A stretch of 27,205 nt of DNA from UHGV virus genome UHGV-0267347. One strand, written 5' to 3'. This document shows positions 25,413-27,205 of this stretch, in pieces (the first letter of the stretch is position 1; the number at the start of each line of letters is the position of its first letter). The translations under genes and the position numbers were made by a program. This stretch comes from a virus. The notes beneath the pieces were generated by a model. The model ran no database searches, had not been told where the DNA came from, and worked only from the letters and a program-made list of their open reading frames with translations.

Positions 25413-25957
25413 GCCTCCATCGCTTTATCAGGTTTGTCGGTGTTACTGCCCTGACCGTTCTCTCTGTGACGATGCCAGTTATAGGCAAGCCTCATCGCTG
25501 ACATGGTGGTGCCGCTGGAGTCGCACAGGTCTTTCACCTGTCCGGTCACTTCCAGGTCCATTTCAAAACGAGCCTTAGGCGCATTGCGAAACGTGATCGT
25601 TTTCCCTGCACCGTCCACCACGATCCCCGCCCGGGTCAGCGTCACGGACTGCCCCTGATCGTCATAGACAGCCACCTCACCCGTCTGCAGCCCTTTCAGG
25701 CGGTAGCGCCGGTCCGACACCGTAACAACCACCGCATGAGAACGGTCACCATCCGGAAACAACACCACCGCTTCCGCACCGCTGTTTGCCCTTGCGGTAA
25801 AACCGTAGGGTTCAAGATGTTCAACCCCGGCTTTGGGTTCACCGGCAATCAGGGACACATCCACGGTCTGACATTTCGTGGCGGCACTGATGCTTTTCAC
25901 CACCGCCCGCCCAATCAGGCCGAGGAGTTGTCGCTGTATGGTTTCAATCGCCTTCAT
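25409..25957 (-). CDS. baseplate spike/assembly protein V (Mu gp45-like)
   Basis: 182 aa; ATGA overlap with the downstream gene; position in the module; call from recalled homology only. Confidence 0.75.
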   Translation of the reverse strand: MKAIETIQRQLLGLIGRAVVKSISAATKCQTVDVSLIAGEPKAGVEHLEPYGFTARANSGAEAVVLFPDGDRSHAVVVTVSDRRYRLKGLQTGEVAVYDDQGQSVTLTRAGIVVDGAGKTITFRNAPKARFEMDLEVTGQVKDLCDSSGTTMSAMRLAYNWHRHRENGQGSNTDKPDKAMEA

Positions 25958-26859
25958 CAGAACGGGTCCTCCTGTACTCTGGCTTTTTTCTTTTTCCGCG
26001 CGCCGGGAGCTTCGGGTTCAGGCAGATAAGCATCAGGTGGGCCGACACGGATTTCCGTCAGGGTGCCATTCTGGTCCTGAGTAAACGTGACTTCCGAGAC
26101 AAGCAGTTCGGTATTGTCGAAACCACAGACCGGATCGAAGACAATCACCCGCTGGTTGGGCTGCCACAGCGTACCGTTACCCTGTCGCCAGCCCTGCACC
26201 ACATAGGTGGTTTCATCCGTCCGCGCCGCCCGTTGCCGGGCTTCAAAGTCCGCACGGGCAATACAGCCTGCCCCCGTAGCCTGCCCTGGCTGCCTGATAT
26301 ACATCGGACGGTAACGGGCAATAAATGCGTCCTCTGTGCGGGCCCGCAGCGCGGTGGTGGTGGCCTCACCGAAATCATCGTCGTTTCCGGCACGCTGCCC
26401 CGCCACCTGGTAAACTGAAAACCGCTCCCGGATACTCTTCTCCGTATCACAGGAAAGGATATTTTCCCCGAGTACCAGCGCAGTATGTGCCCGCGTTGAG
26501 CCAATACCGCCAATCACCAGCCTGCCGTGCGGGTCGTCGTAAGCCAGTGCCTGCTGCTGACCGAGTATTTTGTTGATTACCTCAATCACCGTTTCACCGT
26601 GATCAGGCTGAACATCAGGAATAACACCCGACGGCGCACCGCTGTTCACCACCTCAATGCCGAAAGGCGCAGCAAGCGCCTGCGCAATCTGCACCAGCGA
26701 GCGTCCGTTAAACTGTGTCGGTTCGGCTGCACAGTCAATCAGGTCAGCCGTCAGACTGCGTCCGGCAATACCGGTACTGACCGAACGGGCATCGTAACGA
26801 ACGGGCGTCGCCTCCACCCAGCCGGTGATCACCAGCTCATCACCAATCAGTACCTCCAC
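25957..26859 (-). CDS. Mu gp44-like tail/baseplate hub protein (P2 gpD family)
   Basis: 300 aa; N-terminal L.(V/I).G.....GW motif shared with the N-terminus of the plus-strand ORF at 27109; weak SD, so the start is uncertain. Confidence 0.65.
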   Translation of the reverse strand: MEVLIGDELVITGWVEATPVRYDARSVSTGIAGRSLTADLIDCAAEPTQFNGRSLVQIAQALAAPFGIEVVNSGAPSGVIPDVQPDHGETVIEVINKILGQQQALAYDDPHGRLVIGGIGSTRAHTALVLGENILSCDTEKSIRERFSVYQVAGQRAGNDDDFGEATTTALRARTEDAFIARYRPMYIRQPGQATGAGCIARADFEARQRAARTDETTYVVQGWRQGNGTLWQPNQRVIVFDPVCGFDNTELLVSEVTFTQDQNGTLTEIRVGPPDAYLPEPEAPGARKKKKARVQEDPF

Positions 26860-26865
26860 TTTTGA

Positions 26866-27111
26866 ACCGTTTTTAATGCGCTGTTTCTGGCGCTGCGCCG
26901 GGTGAAAGCAGATCTGAATGCGGATATCAACACGCGCCTTGAACAGTCTGCACGGATCATTCAGCGCACACCGGATGAGGTTTTACCCGCGCTGGTGCTG
27001 GCGGCGACCTGGTTTGATAACGCGGCGCGTGACGCGGACATTATCCGGCGTAATGCCATTACGCATCCCGGCTTTGTGCCGGTGATCCCTCTGAAGGTGC
27101 CAGTGCAATGA
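26866..27111 (+). pseudogene. 3' fragment (about 81 codons) of a Mu gp43-like (DNA circulation) gene; 5' part missing
   Basis: Frame open from 26866 with no plausible upstream continuation (upstream is antisense of the gp44-like gene); ends in a TGA that overlaps the ATG of the next gene. Confidence 0.45.
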
Positions 27112-27205
27112 ACGACAATGTCACGCTACGGGTAAATGGCCGGGAGTGGAATGGCTGGACATCGGTGCGCATCGGTGCCGGTATTGAACGGCTGGCGCGG
27201 GATTT
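27109..27205 (+). CDS. N-terminus of a second gp44-like baseplate gene; continues beyond the right edge
   Basis: MNDNVTLRVNGREWNGWTSVRIGAGIERLARDF parallels the N-terminus of the minus-strand gp44-like protein. Confidence 0.55.

Larger units (their letters stand above)
20480..26865. mobile_element. remnant of an e14/Mu-like prophage tail module with Pin inversion system
   Basis: Gene order gp44-gp45-gp46-J-YmfQ-stf-tfa / tfa'-stf' / pin, with no head, sheath or regulatory genes on this side. Confidence 0.7.

Noticed and set aside
26860-27205. A single large DNA inversion with a breakpoint inside gp44 as explanation of the head-to-head junction
   Set aside because: Both gp44-like ORFs have their own N-terminal motif, so they are two paralogous genes rather than two halves of one; a deletion or recombination between related modules fits better.

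Overview
The window is a three-part mosaic. (1) Positions 1-15135 hold most of a lambdoid prophage in reversed map orientation: a truncated HNH endonuclease at the left edge, an AT-rich moron island, a lysis cassette (overlapped Rz1/Rz spanins, lambda-R-type endolysin, S-like holin), a 339-aa unknown gene inserted between Q and the holin, a Q antiterminator, a nin-like region (DUF968, KilA-N, RusA, LexA-DNA-binding-domain protein, Dam-like N6-adenine methyltransferase, PerC-like), an iteron-containing replication gene, CII/YdaT-like and Cro-like genes, a divergent CI repressor flanked by CTAAG-type operator repeats, and an early-left operon (unknown genes, a GC-rich structured non-coding element, HD-domain hydrolase, xis, int) ending in a 46-bp tRNA-Thr(CGU) 3' fragment that marks the att core. 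(2) Positions 15136-20480 are AT-rich cargo of uncharacterised genes: a two-gene operon (156 aa + 472 aa), an XRE-HTH / ImmA-like metallopeptidase pair, and a GIY-YIG nuclease-domain protein, separated by three copies of a hairpin-containing direct repeat. This cargo block is the best candidate for an undescribed (probably defence-related) system. (3) Positions 20480-26860 are a remnant of an e14/Mu-like tail module: Pin-type invertase, an invertible tail-fibre C-terminal segment with two tfa genes and 26-bp inverted crossover sites, and YmfQ-, J-, gp46-, gp45- and gp44-like baseplate genes. At about 26866 it abuts a truncated gp43-like fragment and the start of a second, oppositely oriented gp44-like gene. 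All product calls rest on motifs read in the translations and on recalled homology; no database search was run.
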